From: Clostridia bacterium
Lineage (GTDB): Bacteria; Bacillota; Clostridia; RGIG6154
Reading direction: 5' to 3'
Assembly (NCBI GenBank): GCA_045589295.1
Contig: JAZNOU010000013.1
Location: 1-64,000 of the forward strand
Length of the DNA stretch: 64,000 bases
Part shown: positions 8,805-17,641 of the stretch, piece by piece
Layout: the number at the start of each line of letters is the position of its first letter
Position numbering within the stretch: the stretch's first letter is position 1
Position numbers and translations under genes: made by a program
The notes under the pieces: generated by a model
Databases searched by the model: none
What the model was told of the DNA's origin: nothing
What the model saw: only the letters and a program-made list of their open reading frames with translations

Positions 8805-9018
8805 ATCAAAGCAGGTCTTGTGACTTGCACCATATAGACTAAAAATTCCGCATTTTTGTGTTCTGCCTTCTCAGTTTCCCAATGACCAGCTTTCGCTGAC
8901 GAAAACAAAAACATTTGGTGCATACACCGACAGTTATCGCAGGGGATTCTCACCCCATTCCCTCTCCACCAATTATGCCTTGCTTATACAGCTTTTACGG
9001 CATAACCGACACTTTGTG
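8805..9018 (-). promoter_or_regulatory. Cobalamin (B12) riboswitch
   Basis: Minus strand shows AGGGAA-tgg-GGTGAGAATCC, GTCATTGGGAAACTGAGAAGG and the B12 box AAGTCACAAGACCTGC; promoter TTGATT-17-TAAAAT at 9072-9044. Confidence 0.88.
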
Positions 9019-9135
9019 TGAATGTATTAATTTTTACTAGGACATTTTAACACAAAACTACAAAAAAATCAATATCAGTTTGTCAATTATTAAAAAGTAT
9101 GGTATAATATCAACAAAAAAATATGAGGTGTTAAA

Positions 9136-9657
9136 ATGGACTTTGAAACAGTGATTGCTAAGAGGTTTTCTGTGCGAAAATTTAAAAACGAACACTTAAA
9201 AAAAGAGGAAATAGAAAAAATATTACACGCGGGACACATTGCTCCTACAGGTTGTAATTTTCAACCCCAGAGAATTCTTGTAATAAACACAGAGGAAGCT
9301 ATAGAAAAATTAACCAAATGTACCAAATGTCATTTTGGCACTAAAAATGCCTTTCTTGTATGCTATAACAAGGACGAATCCTGGAAAAGACCATATGATG
9401 GTGCACTTTCAGCACCTATTGATGCAAGCATTGTTGCAACACATATGATGCTTGAAGCACAAAATATCGGTGTTGGTTGCTGCTGGGTAATGCATTTTAA
9501 CCCAAGCGCAATAAAAGAAGAATTTAATATTCCCGAAAACATTGAACCTGTTGCACTTCTTGTTATGGGATATCCAAATGAAGATTATGCTCCTCTTGAT
9601 ATGCATTTTAAAACAAGACCTATTGAAGAAACAGTATATTATAATAGTTTCAAATAA
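9136..9657 (+). CDS. Nitroreductase family flavoprotein
   Basis: RFSVRKF, APTGCNFQP, GVGCCWV, LVMGYP. Confidence 0.88.
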   Translation: MDFETVIAKRFSVRKFKNEHLKKEEIEKILHAGHIAPTGCNFQPQRILVINTEEAIEKLTKCTKCHFGTKNAFLVCYNKDESWKRPYDGALSAPIDASIVATHMMLEAQNIGVGCCWVMHFNPSAIKEEFNIPENIEPVALLVMGYPNEDYAPLDMHFKTRPIEETVYYNSFK

Positions 9658-9683
9658 AAAAAGGTGCAACAGCACCTTTTTTT
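9656..9683. terminator. Bidirectional intrinsic terminator
   Basis: A-run, GGTGC-aaca-GCACC, T-run between convergent genes. Confidence 0.7.
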
Positions 9684-9691
9684 ATTTTACA

Positions 9692-10546
9692 TTAACAAAC
9701 CATGTTTTTGTCTTTATATAACTCTATAAATTCTTCACACTCTTCCAGCGGAAGTGCTTTTGCGTAATACCATCCCTGAATAAAATCGCAATCAGTTAAA
9801 GAAACCAAACTATTTTGTTGCTCTGTTTCTACTCCTTCGCAAACAGTTTTTATATCAAGGCTGTGAGCAAGATTAATAATTCCTGTAAACAAGTCTTTGC
9901 CTCTCTTACTGCTTTCAGCTTTAAGAACAATATCACGGTCAATTTTTGCAACATCAATCGGATAATCACAAAGATTTGCTAAAGAAGTATAACCGCTTCC
10001 AAGGTCATCAAGATACACACGGAAACCATATTCTTTGCAAAAAATCACATTCTGCACTGCAATTTCAGCATTTTTAACCATAGCATCTTCTGTTATTTCT
10101 ATGGCAAGTTTGTTTCTATCAAATTTATATTTGTCTGCAATATTCTTTATTTTTTCAACAAAGCCATCCTCAGATAAGGTTATTCTTGTAAAATTACAAG
10201 AAAGTGTAATATTTTTATACTCAGTTGCAGCCCATTTCTCAAGCTGACGGCACACAAGCTCAAACATATAAAAATCATGTGCGCTTATAAGCCCCTCTGT
10301 GCGCATAGTTTCAATGTACGCGCCAGGACATTTAATTCCGTCGGAACTATCCCATCTTGACAACGCTTCTGCAGATATAATATTTTTGGTTTTATTATCA
10401 ACAATAAACTGCAAGTATATTTTAAATTCATTATTTTTAAGTCCGTTTACAATACTTTGCGTATTAGCATCGTGCAAAACTGCCTGCCTACTCTGTTGAA
10501 ATATCTTTTTTAAATTTTTATATTTCCCTACCATTCGCATCCCCAA
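9692..10546 (-). CDS. EAL-domain c-di-GMP phosphodiesterase
   Basis: AEALSRW, IEITE, LDDLGSGY, KIDR, EGVET, QGWYYAK all present. Confidence 0.88.
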   Translation of the reverse strand: MGMRMVGKYKNLKKIFQQSRQAVLHDANTQSIVNGLKNNEFKIYLQFIVDNKTKNIISAEALSRWDSSDGIKCPGAYIETMRTEGLISAHDFYMFELVCRQLEKWAATEYKNITLSCNFTRITLSEDGFVEKIKNIADKYKFDRNKLAIEITEDAMVKNAEIAVQNVIFCKEYGFRVYLDDLGSGYTSLANLCDYPIDVAKIDRDIVLKAESSKRGKDLFTGIINLAHSLDIKTVCEGVETEQQNSLVSLTDCDFIQGWYYAKALPLEECEEFIELYKDKNMVC

Positions 10547-10586
10547 ACTTTTTTAAATATATCCCTTTTCAACCTTTTGTTAAACA

Positions 10587-12905
10587 TTAACGTTTTGCAA
10601 AAACCCAAAGTGTATTATCAATTGTATCGTTATTATCCTCAAGCTTATGTATACTCAGCACTACACTTTCACCATTTGTCTTTTTGTATGTAACTTTAGG
10701 CGTTGTTCTCATCGAAAGTTGTCTTTTTATTGCATCATAATTCAAAAAGCTCTCAACCGCCCTTTTATAATCAGGGTGTACAAATTCTTCAATGTATTTA
10801 GATAAAAGCTTAGAAAAATAATCTTCTTTTTCGTTATAACCAAGATAAGATGGCATAAGGATGCGGTGCGCATTATCTGAATTTAACGAAACCTTGTAAA
10901 TGCCATTGTAATTACTTTTCATTACAGATATCATTGTATCAATTTCTGATATTCCTGTTTTAATTTGAATGTATGACTCATCATCTCCCGCGGCAGTACT
11001 CACTTTTTCTTTATTCTGATAATAACAGGATTTAGCTTCATACATTCTTATCTCTGCTTCTCTTACCAATTCCTCACAATTGATGTTTTTCTTTCTGTAT
11101 GAAAGACCAATCGCTACATGATAATCTTTAAGTTCAATATGGTTAATGAAAGTAGATATCAATGTCTTAATATGTTCCTGCGAAATATCTTTTGTGAATA
11201 CTAAAAACTCATCCCCGCCCATTCTATAAATGTGGTGGCCATAAAATACTTCTTTAAGTGTATTTGCGATATAAATAAGCATTTCATCGCCTGCTGCATG
11301 ACCATACTTGTTATTTCTCATATGCAATTCATTTACATCAATGTATATGCATGAAAAATCCTCAGGCTTTTGCTCATCAAACAACAAGATGTCTTTTTTA
11401 TATGAAACCCTGTTTGCTACACCGGTAAGCGAATCGGTTGTTGCTGCTGTTTCAGTCTGATGAAGATGCTTTTTATTAAAAATTGCGATAGAAAAACATA
11501 CTGCAATATCTTCAAGCAACATCCTTATGGTTTTATTCCTTTTAGGATTTAAAGTACCTAAAATACTAACATGATTATTCTTATCTGAAATTATTGCAAA
11601 AGGTATTTGTTTAATATTATGACTTTTGAGAAAATCATAAAATGCACCATTTGTCTTAAGTAAATGATTATTTGTCTTTATATTAATAAAACCTACAGCC
11701 GTATTACTTACTTTATGACGCTCTGCAGCATAATAAAATAGTTCTGACAATAAAAACTTTTTATCTTCACTGGTAAATATTGTATCTTCTTCACCGCGCT
11801 TAGCAAAATAGTAATCCTCACCATCTGTATCGACAAAAAATGCAGATAGTGATAAATAAAATTCACAAATTTTACCCAATGCTTCCATTATATTACTGTT
11901 ATTCTGATTTATTTCCAAAAGTAACTTTCTTATGTTAGATGCATACGCCGTTGTTATTGATACGCGTTTTTCTTTATTCATAATAAACAACAAATAAACC
12001 GCTATTATTAATGCCATGCCCATAAACGTTGTAAGAAGCATAACCGACACACGATGTGTTTTGTTAAACACCTGAGATTCATATCTGCCAAGCATAATTC
12101 CCCAGTTAAAATCTTCAATTGTTGAATAATGTAAATAAAGTGTTTCGCCGGTATAAATAGATTTATAAGCAGTATACCCATTGTTTGAACGTTTAAATCC
12201 TTCATACGAATATCCATTTATATACTCACGATTTTCTAGAAATGATATATCCTTTAAATCTTCACCAATTGAATTAACAACAAGGCTATCATCAGACTTG
12301 TTATAAACAAAAAGCTGAGCATTAAGTTCCTTGGCAATGTCATTGTATCTGTTATTAATAGTTTCAGGCAATATAACGCCATACAATATCCCTACCACTT
12401 TGCCATCAGCTTTAATAGGTACGGCACTTCTTATAATCTCATAACCATCTCTGGTAAGATCATTAACTCTACCGCTTATGTACTCGCCTTTTTGCACTTC
12501 TTCTTCAAAAGAAATTTTTCCTGTTAAATCAATACTGCCTTTTTTAGTTAGAAATACATTATTAGGATTAAGAACTCCAATATTTGTAAATAACCCTATC
12601 GGCTTAAAGGAATCAAACATAATATCAAAGCTATCTCCATCTAAATAAAGCTTTGAAGCAAAGTTTGCCATTGTTGCAAGATTTTCTCGATCGGATTTAA
12701 TCTGAAGAATCAAATCGTCCTTTATCTGCTTTGTCTGAATATGCAGTGTTTCGTAAGCTTCTTGTTCTGCGTCTGTGTAGAAAGTGCTCACCATATTCAA
12801 AAACACCACCAGCAACAATACTGCCACAACCAATGTATTAACTATATCGCTATGTTTTCCTTTTCTTTTTCCATATTTTATATTCATTTTTATGTCTTCT
12901 TTCAT
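10587..12905 (-). CDS. Membrane sensor diguanylate cyclase (two TM, Cache-like sensor, GGDEF)
   Basis: TDSLTGVANR, IDVNEL..NNKYGHAAGD, YRMGGDEF; two TM helices flank an extracytoplasmic region. Confidence 0.88.
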   Translation of the reverse strand: MKEDIKMNIKYGKRKGKHSDIVNTLVVAVLLLVVFLNMVSTFYTDAEQEAYETLHIQTKQIKDDLILQIKSDRENLATMANFASKLYLDGDSFDIMFDSFKPIGLFTNIGVLNPNNVFLTKKGSIDLTGKISFEEEVQKGEYISGRVNDLTRDGYEIIRSAVPIKADGKVVGILYGVILPETINNRYNDIAKELNAQLFVYNKSDDSLVVNSIGEDLKDISFLENREYINGYSYEGFKRSNNGYTAYKSIYTGETLYLHYSTIEDFNWGIMLGRYESQVFNKTHRVSVMLLTTFMGMALIIAVYLLFIMNKEKRVSITTAYASNIRKLLLEINQNNSNIMEALGKICEFYLSLSAFFVDTDGEDYYFAKRGEEDTIFTSEDKKFLLSELFYYAAERHKVSNTAVGFINIKTNNHLLKTNGAFYDFLKSHNIKQIPFAIISDKNNHVSILGTLNPKRNKTIRMLLEDIAVCFSIAIFNKKHLHQTETAATTDSLTGVANRVSYKKDILLFDEQKPEDFSCIYIDVNELHMRNNKYGHAAGDEMLIYIANTLKEVFYGHHIYRMGGDEFLVFTKDISQEHIKTLISTFINHIELKDYHVAIGLSYRKKNINCEELVREAEIRMYEAKSCYYQNKEKVSTAAGDDESYIQIKTGISEIDTMISVMKSNYNGIYKVSLNSDNAHRILMPSYLGYNEKEDYFSKLLSKYIEEFVHPDYKRAVESFLNYDAIKRQLSMRTTPKVTYKKTNGESVVLSIHKLEDNNDTIDNTLWVFAKR

Positions 12906-13024
12906 AAATATTTAAAAATATATATATTTATTATACCATGACTTTAAACATATTTCAAGTACAACATTTTGACATATAAAAAAACGAAAATGTATTTAAA
13001 ACACATCTTCGTTTTTAACTAATA

Positions 13025-14875
13025 TTACGCTTTTACGTGATATGGTGTTGCAATTTCTTTATATCTGTTATATGAAACTCTTTGGTTTGTAAACATAAGT
13101 TTTTCGTCTTTAAGTTCAGTAAGATCTTCAATTTTTCCATCTGCAAAATCATTTATTCTCATTTTTGCAGTTTTTAATCTTGTAATCTTACCACCATATC
13201 TGATATCTAAATTTTCAAAACCGTGCGGTTTGTATGAATCATTCCACAAATTATAGTGAGCGAGCCTTAATTCATCATAAGCATTTATTGCCGCATCAAA
13301 ATCTATACTCTTAAGAAGCTTTTTATCACCTTCATCATAGCCTTTTCTTACAGCACGCAAGATCTCCACATCAATTTTTGATGCTCTACAAAGTAGCGCA
13401 ATATAATTTAAGTGTTCCTTTAAATTGAGCGCAGTCTTTGAAAGTTCATTGTATTTATTATACAATCCGTCAAAGGTTTCTGTAAGCCCTTCAGTCATCA
13501 ATTCTTTTTCTACCTGATTAACAAGCGGATCAGAATAAATTAATTCTTTTACGAACATCTTTCTAGAACCGTCTTCATTTTGACTTCCTAACGGGAACAA
13601 AACATTACTGAGTTCCATGAAATCGTCATATGAAACACCTGTGATAAGCTCACAAATTTTGTTTATTCTTTCTAATGTTACATCATTTGTATAAGAATGC
13701 TCACCATATAAGATAAGTCCAGGCAAAGTAAACATTACATCTGTTTCACAACCATCGTCCCCCCAGCATGTAGCATAAATATCTTTTATGCCATTTTTTC
13801 TGCAAGAAGAAAGTCCTGCGGTTGTTGTTTCATATGTAATCTTTTCATCAGGTGCAAATCCGTACCAGATGCTGATTCCGCCAGCAAAAACTATTTTATC
13901 AGTAAGCTCTTTATGCTTCTGTATCATATTGTCATAAAACTCTTCATCGGTATGGTAATAGTCCCAGTATACAACACGCATATTATCTGGCAAAAGTGAC
14001 TTTGATTTTTCAGAAAATTCAAAATCAGTTTCATAGTACCCATGATTTTTAGCAGATAGTCTGAAATACATATCGCTCCACATCATTGGTTCAAGACCGT
14101 ATTTCAAAACAATCTCGTTAACCTTAACAATGTGCTCAGTAAATAATTCTACACCATCTTTGTAACCATTTTTTTTGAAATAATTACCAAATCCCAAATC
14201 CCATGCTTCATCCATACCTATATGGATTTTTTTTGTTGCAAAGCATTCACTTACTGTTTTAATCAACTGTTCAATAAATTTATAGGTATCTTCATTTTCA
14301 AGTAAAAGAACAGAACTAGCATCTCTTATTTCCCACGCCTCTGCCCATTTCAAATACTGTTCAAAATGACCAAGTGTCTGTATGCAAGGAATAACTTCAA
14401 TATTTAAAGCCGCACCATAGCTATCAATTTCTTTAAGTTCTTCTTTTGTGTATCTGCCTCTTAAATATCCAAAATATGGATACCCCTCAACCTCGTATGT
14501 ATCCTCCATATAAAGCATAGCAGAGTTAAGTCCCATGAGTGACATATACTCAAAATATTCTTTTACTTTCTCTACTGTCATGACACCAGCTCTTGACATA
14601 TCAAGCATAACGCCTTTTTCATTAAAATAGCTCTTTTCATTTACTGTATCAATATTTTCTTTAATCATCAAAGCAGCGTTTAAAATACATCTTCCTATCT
14701 GGCAATCGCAAACATATGTTGCTTTAATCTTGTCACCAGATTTTTCGAGTGCTATTTCGTTACCCTTGCAAAAAGAAATTGTATATTCCTTTTCAGAATT
14801 AAAAGGTATATGTGAAGCAACTTTTTTATAAAGCTGAGTTTGATTTTCGTTTAATCCTTCAAAAATAAAATTCAT
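13025..14875 (-). CDS. GH20 beta-N-acetylhexosaminidase (cytoplasmic)
   Basis: GVMLDMSR, LYMEDTY, IQTLGH, catalytic HIGMDE, MWSDM, WGDDG; no signal peptide. Confidence 0.88.
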   Translation of the reverse strand: MNFIFEGLNENQTQLYKKVASHIPFNSEKEYTISFCKGNEIALEKSGDKIKATYVCDCQIGRCILNAALMIKENIDTVNEKSYFNEKGVMLDMSRAGVMTVEKVKEYFEYMSLMGLNSAMLYMEDTYEVEGYPYFGYLRGRYTKEELKEIDSYGAALNIEVIPCIQTLGHFEQYLKWAEAWEIRDASSVLLLENEDTYKFIEQLIKTVSECFATKKIHIGMDEAWDLGFGNYFKKNGYKDGVELFTEHIVKVNEIVLKYGLEPMMWSDMYFRLSAKNHGYYETDFEFSEKSKSLLPDNMRVVYWDYYHTDEEFYDNMIQKHKELTDKIVFAGGISIWYGFAPDEKITYETTTAGLSSCRKNGIKDIYATCWGDDGCETDVMFTLPGLILYGEHSYTNDVTLERINKICELITGVSYDDFMELSNVLFPLGSQNEDGSRKMFVKELIYSDPLVNQVEKELMTEGLTETFDGLYNKYNELSKTALNLKEHLNYIALLCRASKIDVEILRAVRKGYDEGDKKLLKSIDFDAAINAYDELRLAHYNLWNDSYKPHGFENLDIRYGGKITRLKTAKMRINDFADGKIEDLTELKDEKLMFTNQRVSYNRYKEIATPYHVKA

Positions 14876-15018
14876 TTGAATACCTCCTTTTTGTTAATTT
14901 TAACACACTAAGTCACCAAAGTCAACCAAATATAGTAATTATTTGCAACAAAAAAACAACGCTCTATTGAGCGATGTTTTATCATTTAAAAGCTGTAATT
15001 ATATTACTTTGTGCTCAA

Positions 15019-15894
15019 TTATAAATCTACACCCAAAAACTTCTTTGCAAGTATACCCACAAAGAATGAAACTACTGCAACACCAACACTTATAAGTGTC
15101 ATTTCTAAAAATCTTGGTCTAAACTTTTCACCTTGAGCAACCGAAATATAATATGTAAATCCTGCTATAATTAAAATAACAATAGCAATCATTGCAAAAA
15201 GCGCAATCATATACTGACTGTTTCCAAGCAACAGATATGGCAATATCAAAAGTGCAACTGTTATCAGATAAGCTGTACCAGTATAAGTGCATGATTTAAA
15301 CGCATCAGTTCTGCCCTCACTTTTTGCAGCCAAAAATTCACTTGATGCCATGGAAAATGTTGCTGATATCCCCATAATAAGCCCCGAAAGAGCAATTAAA
15401 CGAGTGTTTTGCATTGCAAAAGTAAATCCCGCCAGTGAGCCTGTAAGTTCCACTAAAGCATCATTCATTCCAAGAACCATACTGCCAACATACTTTAGTC
15501 TTTCTTCATCAAGCATTTCTAAAAGCGATGCTTCGTGTTCTTCTTCCTGAGCTTTTATATGCTTACTTTCCTCTATTTCATTTGCAAGCAAATCATATTC
15601 TTTTTGTGCCATTCCTTCGCCGTTTTCCATCAATTTAACTGCAAATGTAAAACCTAAAATTCTAGCAATTATTTTATATTTTAAAATTTTAAGTCTTTGG
15701 GGTTTCATTTCAATTTTAGTATAATTCTTCCAGATTTCATAATGAGCTTTTTCTTCTGTGGCAAGACGCTTTAAAGTTTCCTTATTTTCGTCACCTTTTG
15801 CAAATTTAGCAATTTCTTCATAAATAACACTCTCGGTAAGTTCATTTTGCTGCATTCTTTTGATTATCTCAAACGCATTTTTTGATATTCCCAT
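15019..15894 (-). CDS. Rubrerythrin/ferritin-like plus VIT1/CCC1 fusion (MbfA-like metal transporter)
   Basis: N-terminal EEKAH and EEEH di-iron motifs; C-terminal VLGMNDALVE, SMASSEFL. Confidence 0.8.
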   Translation of the reverse strand: MGISKNAFEIIKRMQQNELTESVIYEEIAKFAKGDENKETLKRLATEEKAHYEIWKNYTKIEMKPQRLKILKYKIIARILGFTFAVKLMENGEGMAQKEYDLLANEIEESKHIKAQEEEHEASLLEMLDEERLKYVGSMVLGMNDALVELTGSLAGFTFAMQNTRLIALSGLIMGISATFSMASSEFLAAKSEGRTDAFKSCTYTGTAYLITVALLILPYLLLGNSQYMIALFAMIAIVILIIAGFTYYISVAQGEKFRPRFLEMTLISVGVAVVSFFVGILAKKFLGVDL

Positions 15895-15946
15895 TTTAAA
15901 ACTCCCTTTCAATTTTATAGCATAAAAATATTGGACAATACATAAA

Positions 15947-17170
15947 TCAAGGTTTACGAATAAATATATTAAGTATTAAAGCTACAAAGGTTAATAGCAA
16001 CAACATTACAAACGTTGTAGTATATCCGCCCGTAACTTCTAACACCTTATTAGATGCGGTTGCAACAAACGAACCAACCATTGATGTGAATGTCATAATA
16101 GCCATATTGTTGGAAAAGTTTTTCATACCAAAAAAGGATGAAGTAAAAGCGGTTGTGATTGTAGGGCAAGAGCCATAGGAAAGTCCTGTAAGACATAGAC
16201 CTACAATACAAAGACCAAGTGAATTTACATTTACAGCAATGAGAGTAACCGCGGCAGCACAGATTGTAAGAATGTTGGCACTAATCATTGTCTTGCGTCT
16301 GCCTATTACATCAAACACCGCCCCAGTTATGATTCTGCCCAGTCCATTGCAAACAGACAGTACACCAACAAGCGATATTGCCAGGTGTTCAGGAGCATTT
16401 ACCGACAGTGCCAGATCTTTGGCAAAGCTTATAACAGAACTACCCACAGCAGCAAGGAATGATATGCATATAAATGCCATCCAGAATGAAGTTCGGCGGA
16501 GCATCTGTCCTGAAGTATAATCATGTTGGTCAAACGATTCTACCTTACTATCCTTAACAAGCTTTGGCTTAGGAAGGATGACAGTAGAGTCAGGTTTTTT
16601 AAGAAGAAATCCCGAAAAGGTAATAACAACAAATATCGCAATGCCCAGTATGATATAAGTGGTACGCCAACCGAGCGTGCTTTTGAACATTGTATCTGCT
16701 ATATTTCCAATCACCAAAGCAGAAGCGCCAAAGCCCATCATAAGGCAACCTGAGCAGAGTCCTTTCTTATCAGGAAACCACGCACTAACAGTGGACACTA
16801 CCACATTGTATGCAATACCAATACCCACCCCGGCCAGCACACCGTATGTAATATAAAGCATTACAACAGATGTGTCATGCAAAAGTGCAGTCAAGATAAA
16901 TCCCAAAGACGAAAGAAGACCAGAAACAACAAGAGAAGTTCTGTGTCCTGCCTTTTTAGAAAGATTTGCACCAAGCAAACCACCTGCACAAAAGAATGTC
17001 ATTGCCAAAGTAAAGTTAAGAGCAAGGTCACTCTGCCCCCAACCAAATTCTGCCGACAATGGGGATTTTAATATCGACCAGGCATACAATACACCAGCAA
17101 AAAGCATAGCTATTACACCGATGGTCATATATACCCAACGTATAGAAAGATTTTTGTTTGTATTACTCAA
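15947..17170 (-). CDS. MFS transporter, oxalate/formate antiporter (OFA)-like
   Basis: YAWSI, WFPDKKGLCSG, NGLGRI; about 12 TM. Probable TTG start after the AAAGGGTG RBS. Confidence 0.85.
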   Translation of the reverse strand: MSNTNKNLSIRWVYMTIGVIAMLFAGVLYAWSILKSPLSAEFGWGQSDLALNFTLAMTFFCAGGLLGANLSKKAGHRTSLVVSGLLSSLGFILTALLHDTSVVMLYITYGVLAGVGIGIAYNVVVSTVSAWFPDKKGLCSGCLMMGFGASALVIGNIADTMFKSTLGWRTTYIILGIAIFVVITFSGFLLKKPDSTVILPKPKLVKDSKVESFDQHDYTSGQMLRRTSFWMAFICISFLAAVGSSVISFAKDLALSVNAPEHLAISLVGVLSVCNGLGRIITGAVFDVIGRRKTMISANILTICAAAVTLIAVNVNSLGLCIVGLCLTGLSYGSCPTITTAFTSSFFGMKNFSNNMAIMTFTSMVGSFVATASNKVLEVTGGYTTTFVMLLLLTFVALILNIFIRKP

Positions 17171-17232
17171 TTGAAACACCCTTTCTACTATATAATTCTG
17201 TGTAATTAGTATTATTAGAATTGTATCAAAAA

Positions 17233-17248
17233 TGACATAATATGTCAA
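17233..17248 (-). promoter_or_regulatory. Palindromic operator overlapping the -35 of the MFS gene
   Basis: TGACATA-A-TATGTCA at 17233-17247; includes TTGACA on the minus strand. Confidence 0.5.
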
Positions 17249-17270
17249 TAAATAAAGTATCTTTTTATAT

Positions 17271-17303
17271 AAAAAGCATCTGCCAAATAGCAGATGCTTT
17301 TTT
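17271..17303. terminator. Terminator after the PqqD-family gene
   Basis: aaaaaGCATCTGC-caaata-GCAGATGCtttttt. Confidence 0.7.
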
Positions 17304-17305
17304 TG

Positions 17306-17638
17306 TTATTCCAAAAAACCGTAGCTCTTTAAAATACTTATATATTTACTCAAGCGTTCATATAACGGGTTAGCTTTTTCGCCAAACTTTTCCTGTACAA
17401 GCTTGCCGATTTCAATAATGTTTGTTTTTCCATCTAAAAGCGTCCATATAAAGCTTCCCATTTCATCCAAGTGAATATAACTGATTTTTGGTTTTTTAAA
17501 AAATCTCTGAGCTAACCTATTAAAAAAACCTTTATTCTCTATCTCGAGTGTAACAATTTCATCTTTTACACTCCACTTAATGTTACTTTTCCTTAAAGGC
17601 ATTCTCTCTAAGAAATTTTCCTGATTATTTTTTTTCAT
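17306..17638 (-). CDS. PqqD family / RiPP recognition element (RRE) protein
   Basis: IHLDEMGSFIWTLLDGKTNIIEI....F......L..YI..LKSYGFL pattern; 3 bp downstream of the OPT gene. Confidence 0.8.
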   Translation of the reverse strand: MKKNNQENFLERMPLRKSNIKWSVKDEIVTLEIENKGFFNRLAQRFFKKPKISYIHLDEMGSFIWTLLDGKTNIIEIGKLVQEKFGEKANPLYERLSKYISILKSYGFLE

Positions 17639-17641
17639 ATT

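Noticed and set aside
9136-9657. BluB (DMB synthase), given its position next to the B12 operon
   Set aside because: Short generic nitroreductase, transcribed away from the riboswitch; BluB needs oxygen and I see no diagnostic features.
9692-13024. c-di-GMP riboswitch near the GGDEF/EAL pair
   Set aside because: No GGCAAA/GAAA tetraloop-receptor pattern seen in the adjacent intergenic regions.
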